DNA from: Squalus acanthias
Lineage: Eukaryota
Direction of reading: 5' to 3'
NCBI GenBank assembly: GCA_030390025.1
Contig: CM059452.1
Coordinates: 7,130,001 to 7,194,000, forward strand
Length of the DNA: 64,000 nucleotides
In this document: positions 26,471 to 39,547 of the stretch, one piece after another
How the letters are laid out: each line of letters opens with the position of its first letter
How positions within the stretch are numbered: the first letter of the stretch is position 1
Translations under genes and position numbers: made by a program
Notes under the pieces: model-generated
What the model was told of the DNA's origin: nothing
The model's input: only the letters and a program-made list of their open reading frames with translations
Databases searched by the model: none

Positions 26471-29400
26471 CTGGGAGTGTTTGATGGGACAGTGTAGAGG
26501 GAGCTTTACTCTGTATCTAAACCGTGCAGTACCTGCCCTGGGAGTGTTTGATGGGACAGTGTAGAGGGAGCTTTACTCTGTATCTAACCCGTGCTGTACC
26601 TGCACTGGGAGTGTTTGATGGGACAGTGTAGAGGGAGCTTTACTCTGTATCTAACCCGTGCTGTACCTGCCCTGGGAGTGTTTGATGGGACAGTGTAGAG
26701 GAAGATTTGCTCAGTATCTAACCCTTGCTGTCGCTCCCCTGGTTGTGTGTGATGGGACAGTTCAGAGGGAGCTTTATTCTACATATAATCGGTGCAGGAC
26801 TTGCACTGGGCGTGTTTGATCAGATAGTTTAGACGGAGCATCCCTCTGTATCCAACCCGTGCTGTACCCGCCCTGGGTGTGTTTGATGGGACAGTGTAGA
26901 GGGAGCTTTACTCTGTATCTAACCCGTGCTGTACCTGCCCCGGGAGTGTTTGATGGGACAGTGTAGAGGGAGCTTTACTCTGTATCTAACCCATGCTGTA
27001 CCTGCCCTGGGAGTGTTTGATGGGACAGTGCAGACGGAGCTTTACTCTGTATCTAACCCATGCTGTACCTGCCCTGGGAGTGTTTGATGGGACAGTGTAG
27101 AGGGAGCTTTACTCTGTATCTAACCCGTGCTGTACCCGCCCTGGGAGTGTTTGATGGGACAGTGTAGAGGGAGCTTTACTTTGTATCTAACCCGTGCTGT
27201 ACCTGCCCTGGGAATGTTTGATGGGACAGTGCAGAGGGAGCTTTACTCTGTATCCAACCCGTGCTGTACCCGCCCTGGGAATGTTTGATGGGACAGTGTA
27301 GAGGGAGCTTTACTCTGTATCCAACCCGTGCTGTACCCGCCCTGGGAATGTTTGATGGGACAGTGTAGAGGGAGCTTTACTCTGTATCCAACCCGTGCTG
27401 TACCTGCCCTTGGAATGTTTGATGGGACAGTGTCGAGAGAGCTTTGCTCTGTAAATAACCCAAGTAGTACCTGCCCTGAGAGTGTTTGATAGGACAGTGT
27501 AGTGGGAGCTTTACTCTGTATATAACCCTTGCTGTACCGGCCCTGGGAGTGTTTGATGGGACAGTGTAGAGGGAGCTTTACTCTGTCTCTAAACCATGCA
27601 GTACCTGCCATGGGAGTGTTTGATGGGACAGTGTAGAGGAAGCATTACTGTGTATATATCCCATGCAGTACCTGCCCCAAGAGTTTTTGATGGGACAGTG
27701 TAGAGGAAGCATTACTCTGTATCTAACCCGTGCTGTACCTGCCCTGGGAATGTTTGATGGGAAAGTGTAGAGGTACCTTTATTATGTATCTAACCCATGC
27801 TGTCCTTGCCCTGAGTATGTGTGATGGAACAGTAAAGAGGGACTTTTACTCTGTATATAACCCATGCAACACCTGCCCTGAGAGCGTTTGATGGGACAGT
27901 TTATTGGGAGCTTTACTATGTATCTACCCAGTGCTGTACCTGCCCTGGGAGTATTGGATGGGACAGTGTAGAGGGAGCTTTTCTCTGTATCTAACCAATG
28001 CAGTACCTGCCCTGGGAGTGTTTGATGGAACAGTGTAGGGGGAGCTTTTTCTGTATCTAACCAATGCAGTACCTGCCCTGGGAGTGTTTGATGGAACAGT
28101 GTTGGGGGAGCTTTACTGTTTATCTAACCTGTACTGCATCTGCCGTGGGAATATTTGATGGGACAGTGTAAAGCGAGCTTTCCTCTGTATCTAACCCGTG
28201 CTGTCTCTGCCCTGGGAATGTGTGATGGGAGAGTTTAGCGGGAGCTTTACTGTGTATCTAAACCTTGCTGTCCCTAACCTTGGAATGTGGGATGGGAAAG
28301 TGTAGAAGTAGCTATATTCTGTAGCTAACCCCTACTGTCCCTGCCCACGGTGTGTTTGATGGGACATTGTAAAGGAAGCTTTACTCTGCATCTAACCCAT
28401 TCAGTACTTGCTCTGAGAATGTTTGTTGTACAGTGTAGTTGGTCCTTTACTCTGTATATAACCATTGCTGTACCTGCCCTGTGAATCATTGATGGGACAG
28501 TGTAGAGGGAGCAAGACTCTGTATCTAACCTGCCCTGAGTATGTGCGATGGAGCAGTAAAGAGGTAGCTTTACTCTGTATCTAACCTGTAGTGCATCTTC
28601 CCTGGGTGTGTTTGATGGGACAGTGTAGAGGGAGCTTTACTCTGTATATAACCCATGGTATCCCTACCCTGAGTATGTGTGATGGAACAGTAAAGAGGGA
28701 CCTTTACTCTGTATCTAACCTGTAGTGCATCTTCCCTGGGTGTGTTTGATGGGACAGTGTAGAGGGAGCTTTACTCTGTATATAACCCATGCAACACCTG
28801 CCCTGAGAACGTTTGATGGGACAGTGTAGTGGGAGCTTTATTCTGTATCTAACCCGTGCTGTCCCTGCCATGGGAGTGTTTGATTGGACAGTGTAGAGGG
28901 AGCATTACTTTGTATATATCCCATGCAGTACCTGCCCTGAGAGCGTTTGATGGGACAGTGTAGAGGAAGCTTTACTCTGTATATACTTCGTGCTGTACCT
29001 ACCCTGGGAGTGTTTGACGGGACAGTGTAGAGTGAGCTTTATTCTGTATCTAACCCGTGCTGTACCTGCCCTGGGAGTGTTTGGTGGGATAGTGTAGAGG
29101 GAGGTTTACTCTGTACCTAACCCTTGCTATCCTTGACCTGGGATTGTGTGATGCGACGGTTTAGAGGGAGCTTTATTCTGTATCAACCCCATGCTTTACC
29201 AGTCCTGGGTGTGTTTGATGGGACATTGTAAACAAAGCTTTACTCTGTATCAATCCGTGCTGTACCTGCCCTGGGAGTGTTTGATGGGACAGTGTAGAGG
29301 AAGCTTCACTCTGGATCTAACCCGTGCTGTACCTGCCCTGGGAGTGTTTGATGGGACAGTGTAGAGGGAGCTTTACTCTGTATCTAACCCGTGCTGTACC

Positions 29401-30738
29401 TGCCCTGGGAGTGTTTGATGGGACAGTGTAGAGGGAACTTTATTCTGTATCTAACCCGTGCTGTACCTGCCCTGGGAGTGTTTGATGGGACAGTGTACAG
29501 GGAACTTTATTCTGTATCTAACCCGTGCTGACCCTGCCGTGGGAGTGTTTGATGGGACAGTGTAGAGGGAGCATTACTCTGTATCTAACCCATGCAGTAC
29601 CTGACCTTGGAATGTGGGATGGGAAAGTGTAGATGGAGTCATGTACTGTAGACAACCCGTGCTTTCCCTGCCCTGGGTCTGTTTGAATGGACATTGTAAA
29701 GGAAGCTTTACTCTGCATATACTTCGTGCTGTACCTACCCTGGGAGTGTTTGACGGGACAGTGTAGAGTGAGCTTTATTCTGTATCTAACCCGTGTTATA
29801 CCTGCCGTGCGAGTGTTTGATGGGATTGTGTAGAGGGAGTTTTACTCTGTATATAACATGTGCTGTACCTGCCGTGGAGTATTTGATGGGACAATGTAGA
29901 GGAGCTTTACCTAGTATCTAACCTGCGCTGTACCTGCCCTGAGAGTGTTTGATGTGACAGTGTAGAGGGAGCTTTACTATGTATCCAACCAATGCTGTAA
30001 GTGCCTTGGGAAAGATTGATGGAATAGTGTAGAGCGAGCTTTACTTTGTATCTAACACGTGCTGTACCTGCCCTGGGAGTGTTGGATGGGACACTGTAGA
30101 GGGAGCTTTACTCTGTATATAACCCATTCAGTACCTGCCCTGAGTGTGTTTGATGTGACAGTGTTGGGAGAGCTTTTCTCTGTATCTAACCCATGCAGTA
30201 CCTGCCCTGAGAGTGTTTCATGGGAAAGTGTAGAGGGAGCTTTACTCTGTATCTAACCTGTAGTGCACCTGCCCTGGGAGTGTTTGATGGTACAGTGTAG
30301 AACGAGCTTTACTCTGTATCTAACCCATGCTGTCCCTGCCCTGAGTATGTGTGATGGAACAGGAAAGAGGGAGCTTTATTCTGTATATAACCCATGCAGT
30401 ACCTGCCCTGAGAGGGTTTGAAGAGTCTGTTTAGTGGGATCTTTACTATGTATCTATCCAGGGCTGTTGCCCTCGGAGTGTTGGATGGGACAGTATAGAG
30501 AGAGCTATACTCTGTATATAACCCATGCAGTACCTGCCCTGAGAGTGTTTGATGGGACAGTGTAGAGCGAGCTTTACTCTGTATCTAACCCGCGTTGTGC
30601 CTGCCCTGGCAAAGTGTCATGGGACAGTTTAGAGTGAGCTTTACTCTGTATCGAACCCTTGCTGTCCCTGACCTTGGAATGTTGGATGGGAAAGTGTAGA
30701 TGGAGCTATATTCTGTAGCTAACCCGTGCTGTCCCAGC
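26471..30738 (+). repeat. 67-bp satellite array (block 6)
   Basis: Tandem 67-bp monomers. Confidence 0.97.
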
Positions 30739-32390
30739 CATAGTCATAGAATCATAGAGTTATACAGCACAGAAAGAGGCCATTCGGCCCATCGTGTCCG
30801 CACCGGTCCATCAAGGCCTGTCTATTCTAATCCCATTTTCCAGCACTTGGTCCGTAGCCTTGTATGCTATGGCGTTTCAAGTGCTCATCTAAATGCTTCT
30901 TGAATGTTGTGAGGGTTCCTGCCTCTACCACCCTTTCAGGCAGTGAGTTCCAGATTCCAACCACCCTCTGGGTGAAAAAGTTTTTCCTCAAATCCCCTCT
31001 AAACCTCCTGGCCCTTACCTTGAAACTATGCCCCCTGGTTATTGATCCCTCTACTAAGGGGAAAAGTTCCTTTCTATCTACCCTATCTATGCCCCTCATA
31101 ATTTTATACACCTCAATCTGGTCCCCCCTCAGCCTTCTCTGCTCTGAGGAAAACAACCCCAGCCTGTCCAGTCTCTCTTCATAGCTGAAGCGCTGCAGTC
31201 CAGGTAACATCCTGGTGAATCTCCTCTGCACCCTCTCCAATGCAATCACATCCTTCCTATAGTGTGGCGACCAGAACTGCACACAGTATTCCAGCTGTGG
31301 CCTAACTAGCGTTTTGTACAGCTCCATCATAACCTCCCTGCTCTTATATTCTATGCCTCGGCTAATGAAGGCAAGTATCCCATATGCCTTTTTAACCACC
31401 TTATCTACCTGTCCTGCTGCCTTCAGGGATCTATGTACATGCACACCAAGGTCCCTCTGATCCTCTGTCCTTCCTAGGGTCCTACCATTCATTGTGTATT
31501 CCCTTGCCTTGTTAGTCCTCCCAAAATGCATCACCTCAAACTTTTCAGGGTTAAATTCCATTTGCCACTGTTCTGCCCATCTGACCAACCCATCTATATC
31601 GTCCTGTAGCCTGAGGCTTCCCTCCTCGCTATTTACCACTCCACCAATTTTCGTGTCATCTGCGAACTTACTGATCATACCTCCTACATTCATATCTAAA
31701 TCATTAATGTACACTACAAACAGCAAAGGACCCAGCACCGATCCCTGCGGTACACCACTGGACACAGGCTTCCAGTCACAAAAACAACCTTCGACCATCA
31801 CCCTCTGCCTCCTGCCACTAAGCCAATTTTGGATCCAATGTGCCAAGTTGCCCTGGATCCCAAGGGTTCTTACCTTCTTGAGCAGTCTCCCATGCGGGAC
31901 TTTGTCAAAAGCCTTACTGAAGTCCATGTAGACCACATCAACTGCACTACCCTCATCCACACACCTAGTCACCCCCTCGAAAAATTCAATCAAATTGGTC
32001 AGACATGATCTCCCCCTGACAAAGCCATGCTGACTATCCTTGATTAATCCTTGCCTCTCCAAGTGGAGACTAATTCTGTCCCTTAGAATTTTTTCCAATA
32101 ATTTCCCTACCACTGATGTTAGGCTCACTGCCCTGTAATTCCCTGATTTATCCCTACTACCCTTCTTGAATAATGGTACTACGTTAGCTGTTCTCCAGTC
32201 CTCTGGCACCTCCCCTGTGGCCAGACAGGTTCTGAAAATTTGTGTCAGAGCCCCTGCAATCTCCTCCCTTTCCTCACACAGCAGCCTGGGATACATCTCG
32301 TCTGGGCCTGGGGACTTATCCACTTTTAAGCCCGCTAAAACCGCTAGTACCTCCTCCCTCTCAATACTAATTTGTTCAAGTATATCACAA
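30739..32390 (-). mobile_element. CR1 LINE, 5'-truncated, with uninterrupted RT-domain ORF (30827-32323)
   Basis: 498-aa ORF with YMDFSKAFDKV, SGVPQGSVLGP, FADD, LYKTLVRPQLEYC motifs; short-repeat 3' tail (CATAGA..)n at 30739. Confidence 0.95.
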
Positions 32391-32391
32391 C

Positions 32392-33733
32392 CCCCCTGGG
32401 TGTGTTTGAAGAGAAATTGTAAAGAAAGCTTTACTCTGTATATACGTCGTGCTGTACCTGCCCTAGGAGTGTTTGACGGGACAGTGTAGAGTGAGCTTTA
32501 TTCTGTATCTAACCCATACTGTACCTGCCGTGCGAGTGTTTGATGGGACAGTGTAGAGGGAGCTTTACTCTGTATATACGTCGTGCTGCACCTGCCCTAG
32601 GAGTGTTTGACGGGACAGTGTAGAGTGAGCTTTATTCTGTATCTAACCCATACTGTACCTGCCGTGCGAGTGTTTGATGGGACAGTGTAGAGGGAGCTTA
32701 ACTCTGTATCTAACCCGTGCTGTACCTGCCTTGGGAGTGTTTGATGAGACAGTGTAGAGGGAGCTTTACTCTGTATCTAACCCATGCTGTAGATGACTTG
32801 GGAGTTTTGGATGGGACAGAGTAGAGGGAGCTTTACTCTGTATATTACCCATGCAGTATCTGCCCTAAGAGTGTTTGATGTGACATTGTAGAGGAAGCTT
32901 TACTCTGTATCCAACCCATGCAGTACCTGCTCTGAGAGTGTTTGGTGGGACAGTGTAGTGGGACCTTTACTCTGTGTATAAACCTTGCTGTACCTGCCCT
33001 GTGAATCATTGATGGGAATAGTGTAGAGGGAGCTTTACTCTGTATCTAACCCTTGCTGTACCAGCCCTCTGAATCATTGATGGGACAGTGTAGAGGGAGC
33101 ATTACTCTGTATCTAACCTGCCCTGAGTATGTGTGATGGAGCATTAAAGAGGGAGCTTTACTCTGTATCTAACCCGTGCTGTACCTGCCCTGAGACCGTC
33201 TGATGGGACAGTGTAGTGGGAGCTTTACTCTGTATCTAACCTGTGATGTACCTGCCCTGGGAGTGTTGGATGGGACAGTGTCGAGGGAGATTTACTCTGT
33301 ATCTCAACCGTGCTGTAACTCCCCTGGTTCTGTTTGATGTGATTGTGTAAAGGAAGCTTTACTCTGTATCTAATCCGTGCTGTACCTGCTCTGGGTATGT
33401 TTGATGGGGCAGTGTAAAGGATACCTGATACTTTATCCATTACGTGCTGTACCTGCCCTGAGTGTGTTTGACGGGACTGTGTATAGGGAGCTATATTCTG
33501 CATCTGACACATGCTGTACCTGCCCTGGGAGTGTTTGATGGGACAGTGTCGAGGGAGCTTTACTCTGAATCTAACCCCTGCTGTACCTGCCCTGGGAGTG
33601 TTTGATAGGACAGTGTAGAGTGAGTTTTACTCTGAATCTACCCTGCACTGCCCCTGCCCTGGGAGTGTTTGATGGGCCAGTGTAGAGTGAGTTTTACTCT
33701 GTATCTAATCCGTGGTGTACCTGCTCTGGGAGC
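32392..33733 (+). repeat. 67-bp satellite array (block 7)
   Basis: Tandem 67-bp monomers. Confidence 0.95.
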
Positions 33734-33734
33734 G

Positions 33735-34245
33735 GTTTTTTTATAAAGCAATTTTAATTGATTTTATGGGACGTGGGCATCGCTGGCAAGGCCAGCATTT
33801 ATTGCCCATCCCTAATTGCCCTTGAGAAGGTGGTGGTGAGCCGCCTTCTTGAACCGCTGCAGTCCGTGTGGTGAAGGTTCTCCCACAGTGCTGTCAGGGA
33901 GGGAGTTCCAGGATTTTAACCGAGCGACGATGAAGGATCGGCGATATACTTTCAAGTCAGGATGGTGTGTGACTTGGAGGGGAACTTGGAGGTGGTGGTG
34001 TTCCCATGCACCTGCTGCCCTTTTCCTTCTAGGTGTAAGAGGTCGCGGGTTTGGGAGGTGCTGCCGAAGAAGCCTTGGCGAGTTGCTGTATTGCATCTTG
34101 TAGATGTTACACACTGCAGCCACAGTACGCCTGTGGTGGAGGGAATGAATGATTAAGGTGGTAGATGGGGTGCCAATCAAGCGAGCTGCTTTGTCCTGGA
34201 TGGTGTCGAGCTTCTTGAGTCTTGTTGGAGCTGTACTCATCCAGG
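33735..34245 (-). mobile_element. Non-LTR retrotransposon of a second family (clade unresolved), 3' part
   Basis: ORF 33812-34240 (LDTIQDKAARLI, SLHHRRTVAAVC, WNSLP, AAHHHLLKGN stop); A-rich 3' end near 33735; continues at 36826. Confidence 0.85.
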
Positions 34246-36830
34246 CATAGAGTCATAGAGTCATAGAGTTATACAGCACAGAAAGAGGCCCTTCGGCCCA
34301 TCGTGTCCGCACCGGCCATCAAGCCCTGTCTATTCTAATCCCATTTTCCAGCACTTGGGCCGAAGCCATGTATGCTATGGCGTTTCAAGTGCTCATCTAA
34401 ATGTTTCTTGAATGTTGTGAGGGTTCCTGCCTCTACCACCCTTTCAGGCAGTGAGTTCCAGATTCCAACCACCCTCTGGGAGAAAAAGTTTTTCCTCAAA
34501 TCCCCTCTAAACCTCCTGCCCCTTACCTTGAAACTATGCCCCCTGGTTATTGACCCCTCTACTAAGGGGAATAGTTCCTTTCTATCTACCCTATCTATGC
34601 CCCTCAAAATTTGGAAACCTCATCAGGTCCCCCCTCAGCCTTCTCTGCTCTAAGGAAAACAACCCCAGCCTGTTCAGTCTCTGTTCATAGCTGAAACGCT
34701 CCAGCCCAGGTAACATCCTGGTGAATCTCCTCTGCACCCTCTCCAATGCAATCACATCCTTCCTATAGTGTGGCGACCAGAACTGCACACAGTATTCCAG
34801 CTGTGGCCTAACTAGCGTTTTGTACAGCTCCATCATAACCTCCCTGCTCTTATATTCTATGCCTCGGCTAATGAAGGCAAGTATCCCATATGCCTTCTTA
34901 ACCACCTTATCTACCTGTCCTGCTGCCTTCAGGGATCTATGTACGTGCACACCAAGGTCTCTCTGATCCTCTGTCCTTCCTAAGGTCCCACCATTCATTC
35001 TGTATTCCCTTGCCTTGTTAGTCCTTCCAAAATGCATCACCTCACACTTTTCAGGGTTAAATTCCATTTGCCACTGTTCTGCCCATCTGACCAATTCGTC
35101 TATATCGTCCTGTAGCCTGAGGCTTCTCTCCTCGCTATTTACCACTCCACCAATTTTCGTGTCATCTGCGAACTTACTGATCATACCTCCTACATTCATA
35201 TCTAAATCATTAATGTACACTACAAACAGCAAAGGACCCAGCACCGATCCCTGCGGTACACCACTGAACACAGGCTTCCAGTCACAAAAACAACCTTCGA
35301 CCATCACCCTCTGCCTCCTGCCACTAAGCCAATTTTGGATCCAATATGCCAAATTGCCCTGGATCCCAAGGGCTCTTACCTTCTTGACCAGTCTCCCATG
35401 GGGGACTTTGTCAAAAACCTACTGAAGTCCATGTAGACTACATCAACTGCACTGCCCTCATCCACACACCTAGTCACCCCCTCGAAAAATTCAATCAAAT
35501 TGGTTAGACATGATCTCCCCCTGACAAAGCCATGCTGACTATCCTTGATTAATCCTTGCCTCTCCAAGTGGAGACTAATACTGTCCCTCAGAATTTTTTC
35601 AATAATTTCCCTGCCACTGATGTTAGGCTCACTGGCCTGTAATTCCCTGGTTTATCCCTACTACCCTTCTTGAATAATGGTACTATGTTAGCTGTCCTCC
35701 AGTTCTCTGGCACCTCCCCTGTGGCCAGGGAGGTTCTGAAAATTTGTGTCAGAGCCCCTGCAATCTCCTCCCTGCCTCACACAGCAGCCTGGGATACATC
35801 TCGTCTGGGCCTGGGGAATTATCCACTTTTAAGCCCGCTAAAACCGCTAGTACCTCCTCCCTCTCAATACTAATTTGTTCAAGTATATCACAATCCCCCT
35901 GCCTGATTTCTATGCCTACAATAGTCCTTCTCCATATTGAACACAGATGCAAAATATTCATTTAAAACCTCACCCACATCTTTCGGCTGTACACACAGAT
36001 TGCCACTTTGGTCCCTAATGGGCCCTACTCTTTCCCTGGTTATCCTATTGCCCTTAATATACTTATAAAACACCTTGGGATTTTCCTTTATTTTGCCCAC
36101 CAGTGTTATTTCATGCCCCCTCTTCGCTCTCCTAATTTATTTTTTAAGTACCCCCCTGCACTTTCTATACACCTCTAGGGCTTCCACTGTTTTTAGTCCT
36201 TTGTATCTGCCAAAAGCCTCCCTTTTTTTCCTAATCCATTCTTGTATATCCCTTGACATCCAGGGTTCCCTGGGCTTGTTGGTCCCACCCTTGACCTTTA
36301 CGGGAACATGTTGCTGTTGTACTCTCTCTATTTCCTTTCTGAATGACTCCCACTGCTCTGATGTGGATTTTCCTACAAGTAGCTGATCCCAGTCCACTTT
36401 GGCCAGATCCTGCCTTATCATATTAAAATTGGCCTTCCCCCAATTTAGAACCTTTATTTCCGGTCCATCTTTGTCCTTTTCCATGACTACCTTAAATCTC
36501 ACCGAATTATGGTCACTGTCACCAAAATGCTCTCCTACTGACACTTCTACCACTTGCCCGGCTACATTCCCAAGAATTAGGTCCAGTACCGCCCCCTCTC
36601 TTGTAGGACTTTCTACATGATGACTCATTAAGCTCTCCTGGATGCACTTTAAGAATTCCGCACCCTCTGAGCCTTTCACACTCTGACTATCCCAGTTAAT
36701 ATTGGGGAAGTTGAAATCCCCTGCTATTATTACCCTATTATTTCTACACTTCTCTGAGATTTGCCTACATGTTTGTTTCTCTATCTCCCCCTGACTGTTT
36801 GGGGGCCTATAGTACACTCCCAGCAAAGTG
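34246..36830 (-). mobile_element. CR1 LINE (endonuclease C-term + RT, frameshifted), nested in the second-family LINE
   Basis: ORF pieces 36137-36826 (GVYYRPP, GDFNFP, SDHN), 35888-36100, 35376-35567, 34591-35352, 34335-34607; tail (CATAGAGT)n at 34246. Confidence 0.95.
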
Positions 36831-38178
36831 CTGAGTATTCCATCACACTCCTTACTTGTGCCTTGTAGATGGTAGAAAGGCTTTGGGGAGTCAGGAGGTG
36901 AGACAGTCGCCGCAGAATAACTAGCCTCTGACCTGCTCTTGTAGCCACAATATTTATGTGGCTGGTCCAGTTAAGTTTCTGGTCAATGGTGACCCCCTGG
37001 ATGTTGATGGTGGGGGATTCGGTGATGGTAATGCCATTGAATGACAAATGCGGTGGTTAGACTCTCGCTTGTTGGAGATCGTTATTACCTGGCACTTATG
37101 TGGCGTGAATGTTGCCTGCCACTTATCAACCCAAGTCTGAACGTCGTCCAGGTCTTGTTGCATGCGGGCATGGACTGCTTCATTATCTGAGGAGTTGCTG
37201 AATGGCACTGAACACTGTGCAGTCATCAGCGAACATCCCCATTTCTGACTTTATGTTGGAGGAAAGTTCATTGATGAAGCAGCTGGAGATGGTTGGGCCT
37301 AGGACACTGCCCTGAGGAACTCCTGCAGCGATGTCCTGGGGCTGTGATGATTGACCTTCAATCACCACAACCATCTTCCTTTGTGCTAGGTATGACTCCA
37401 GCCAGTGGAGCGTTTCCCCCCCCCCCCCCCCCCCGATTCCCATTGACTTCAGTTTTACTAGGGCTCCTTGATGCCACACTCGGTCAAATGCTGCCTTAAT
37501 GTCAAGGGCAGTCACTCTCACCTCACCTCTGGAATTCAGCTCCTTTGTCCATGTTTGGACCAAGGCTGTAATGAGGTCGGGAGCCGAGTGGTCTTGGCCG
37601 AACCCAAACTGGGCATCAGTGAGCAGGTTATTGGTGAATAAGTGCCGCTTGATAACACAGTCGTTGACACCTTCCATCACTTTGATGATGATTGAGAGTA
37701 GACTGATCGGGCGGTAATTGGCCAGATTGGATTTGTCCTGCTTGTTGTGGACAGGACATAGCTGGGCAGTTTTCCACATTGTCGGATAGATTCCATTGTT
37801 GTAGCTGTACTGGAACAGCTTGGCTAGAGGCGCGGCTCGTTCTGGAGCACGAGTTTTCAGCACGATAGCCCGGATGTTGTTGGGGCCCATAGCCTTTGCT
37901 GAATCAAGTGCGCTCAGCCGTTTCTTGATATCACGTGGAGTGAATCGAATTGGCTGAAGACTGGCTTCTGTGATGGTGGGGACCTCAGGAGTCGGCCGAT
38001 GTCGATCATCCACTCGGCATTTCTGGCTGAAGATGGCTGCAAACACTTTTGCACTCAAGTGCTGGGCTCCACCATCATTGAGGATGGGGACATTCCTGGA
38101 GCCTCCTCCTCCCGTTAGTTGTTTAATGGTCCACCACCATTCACGACTGGATGTGGCAGGACTGCAGAGCTTTGATCT
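36826..38178 (-). mobile_element. Second-family LINE, RT-domain part (frameshifted)
   Basis: ORF 37183-38058 (NYRPISLL, LDIKAAFDRVWH, GVPQGSVLGP, FADD) and 36781-37047 (YKAQVRSVMEYS). Confidence 0.9.
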
Positions 38179-38198
38179 GATGGGACAGTGTAGAGGGA

Positions 38199-39290
38199 AA
38201 CAGGGATAGGTACATTTTTATTTTGACCATCAATTGCACAACGTTATTACACACTCGAGGTATATATCAGGAGATTCTGTGTGATGTTGAGGTGATCACT
38301 TGGCAGTTGTACAGGGCCTTGGTGAGACCACACCTTGAGTACTGTGTGCAGTTTTGGTCGCCTTATCTGAGGAAGGATGTTCTTGCCATGGAAGGAGTTC
38401 AGCGAAGATTCACAAGGCTGATACCTGGGATGGCAGGAATGACGTATGAAGCGAGATTGGGTCGATTGGGCTTATACTCACTGGAGTTTAGAAGAATGAG
38501 AGGGGATCTCATTGAAACTTATAAAATTCTGACAGGACAGGACAAACTAGATGCAGGAAGGATGTTCCCGATGGTCGGGGAGTCCAGAACCAGGGGTCAC
38601 AGTCTAAGGATAAGGGGTAAGCCATTTAGGACAGAAATGAGGAGGAATTTCTTCACCCAGTGAGTGGTGAACCTGTGGAATTCTCTGCCACAGAAGTCAG
38701 TAGAGGCCAATTCATTAAATAGATTCAAGAAGGAGTTGGATATATTTCTTAAGGCTAAAGGGATCAAGGGATATGGGGAGAAAGAACCACAGAGACTGGT
38801 GGGTAGCTGCTCATTATCCTCGGTGTGATTTCATTCCCTTCCCAACTGAATACTGCGGACAGACAGGCTCACCATGGTAACGGACTGGTCAGTGTGACAT
38901 CACTTTCTAAACAAGAGCACTCAGAGAATGTGTTATCAATAACATTTGAAGGAATTAAACGATCAGAAATTACATTTGAAATAAAATAAAATAAAATGGT
39001 GAAAAATAACTGGTGAACATAATCATTTTTTGTGGAATGCACTTGCAAACATTGACAAAAATGTGTTTTGTACACACTCACACACACACATCACACATAT
39101 ATACAGCAAACACTTCTTGTATGCGCTCTATTCAGTTGTTCCTCTTAACCAGATGAGAGATAATAATTCGGTGGACATTAGGACCCCGCGGCAGCCCATA
39201 CGCCGGTGCTGTGAGGTCACGGTTCCAGGCTCTGTCACACAATCAGTGGGTCCCGCGAAAGATCAATAGAAAATACTGCAGGAAAAATAA
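38199..39290. repeat. Cassette B copy 1 (interrupted by a CR1 fragment)
   Basis: Homologous to 51521-52110 (CACACTCGAGG...GGTGATCACTTG; GGTGCTGTGAGGTCACGGTTCCAGGCTCTGTC...CTGCAGGAAAAA). Confidence 0.85.
38303..38784 (+). mobile_element. CR1 LINE fragment (RT C-terminus)
   Basis: QLYRALVRPHLEYCVQFWSP...RMRGDLIETYKI...RRNFFTQ; absent from cassette B copy 2. Confidence 0.9.
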
Positions 39291-39547
39291 AGTAATCTTT
39301 AACACAACAGCGCTTGCCACTAAGTAGATCAAAGTGCAGTGCACTATTGCTCACCTTTAGTCCTGTCCCTCAATCCCAGCTCTTCTCTGGGAGCTTGTCA
39401 CAAGATTCACCCCATCATTTCAACACAAATATTACCGACAAAATACCAGATCAATTAGAAATTACACACAGCTGCTGATAGCTATTAACAACAATAAACT
39501 TATGCTTCCAACCATAAATGATTGCATCCTCCCACCCACTCACATAT

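Noticed and set aside
1-30738. Possible CRISPR-like repeat array
   Set aside because: Contiguous tandem monomers with no unique spacers; vertebrate context; no cas genes
96-33512. Many 60-211 aa ORFs (LPLHCPIKHSQG, MLYLPWECLMGQ)
   Set aside because: Translations of the 67-bp satellite; monomer length is not a multiple of 3 and there is no gene structure
37416-37434. C19 homopolymer giving poly-Gly in the RT ORF
   Set aside because: Simple slippage expansion in a dead LINE; length may also be a sequencing error
39200-39290. Minus-strand splice-acceptor-like TTTTTCCTGCAG in cassette B (also ~52100)
   Set aside because: Downstream frames are short and their stops differ between the copies; no similarity to Ig TM exons
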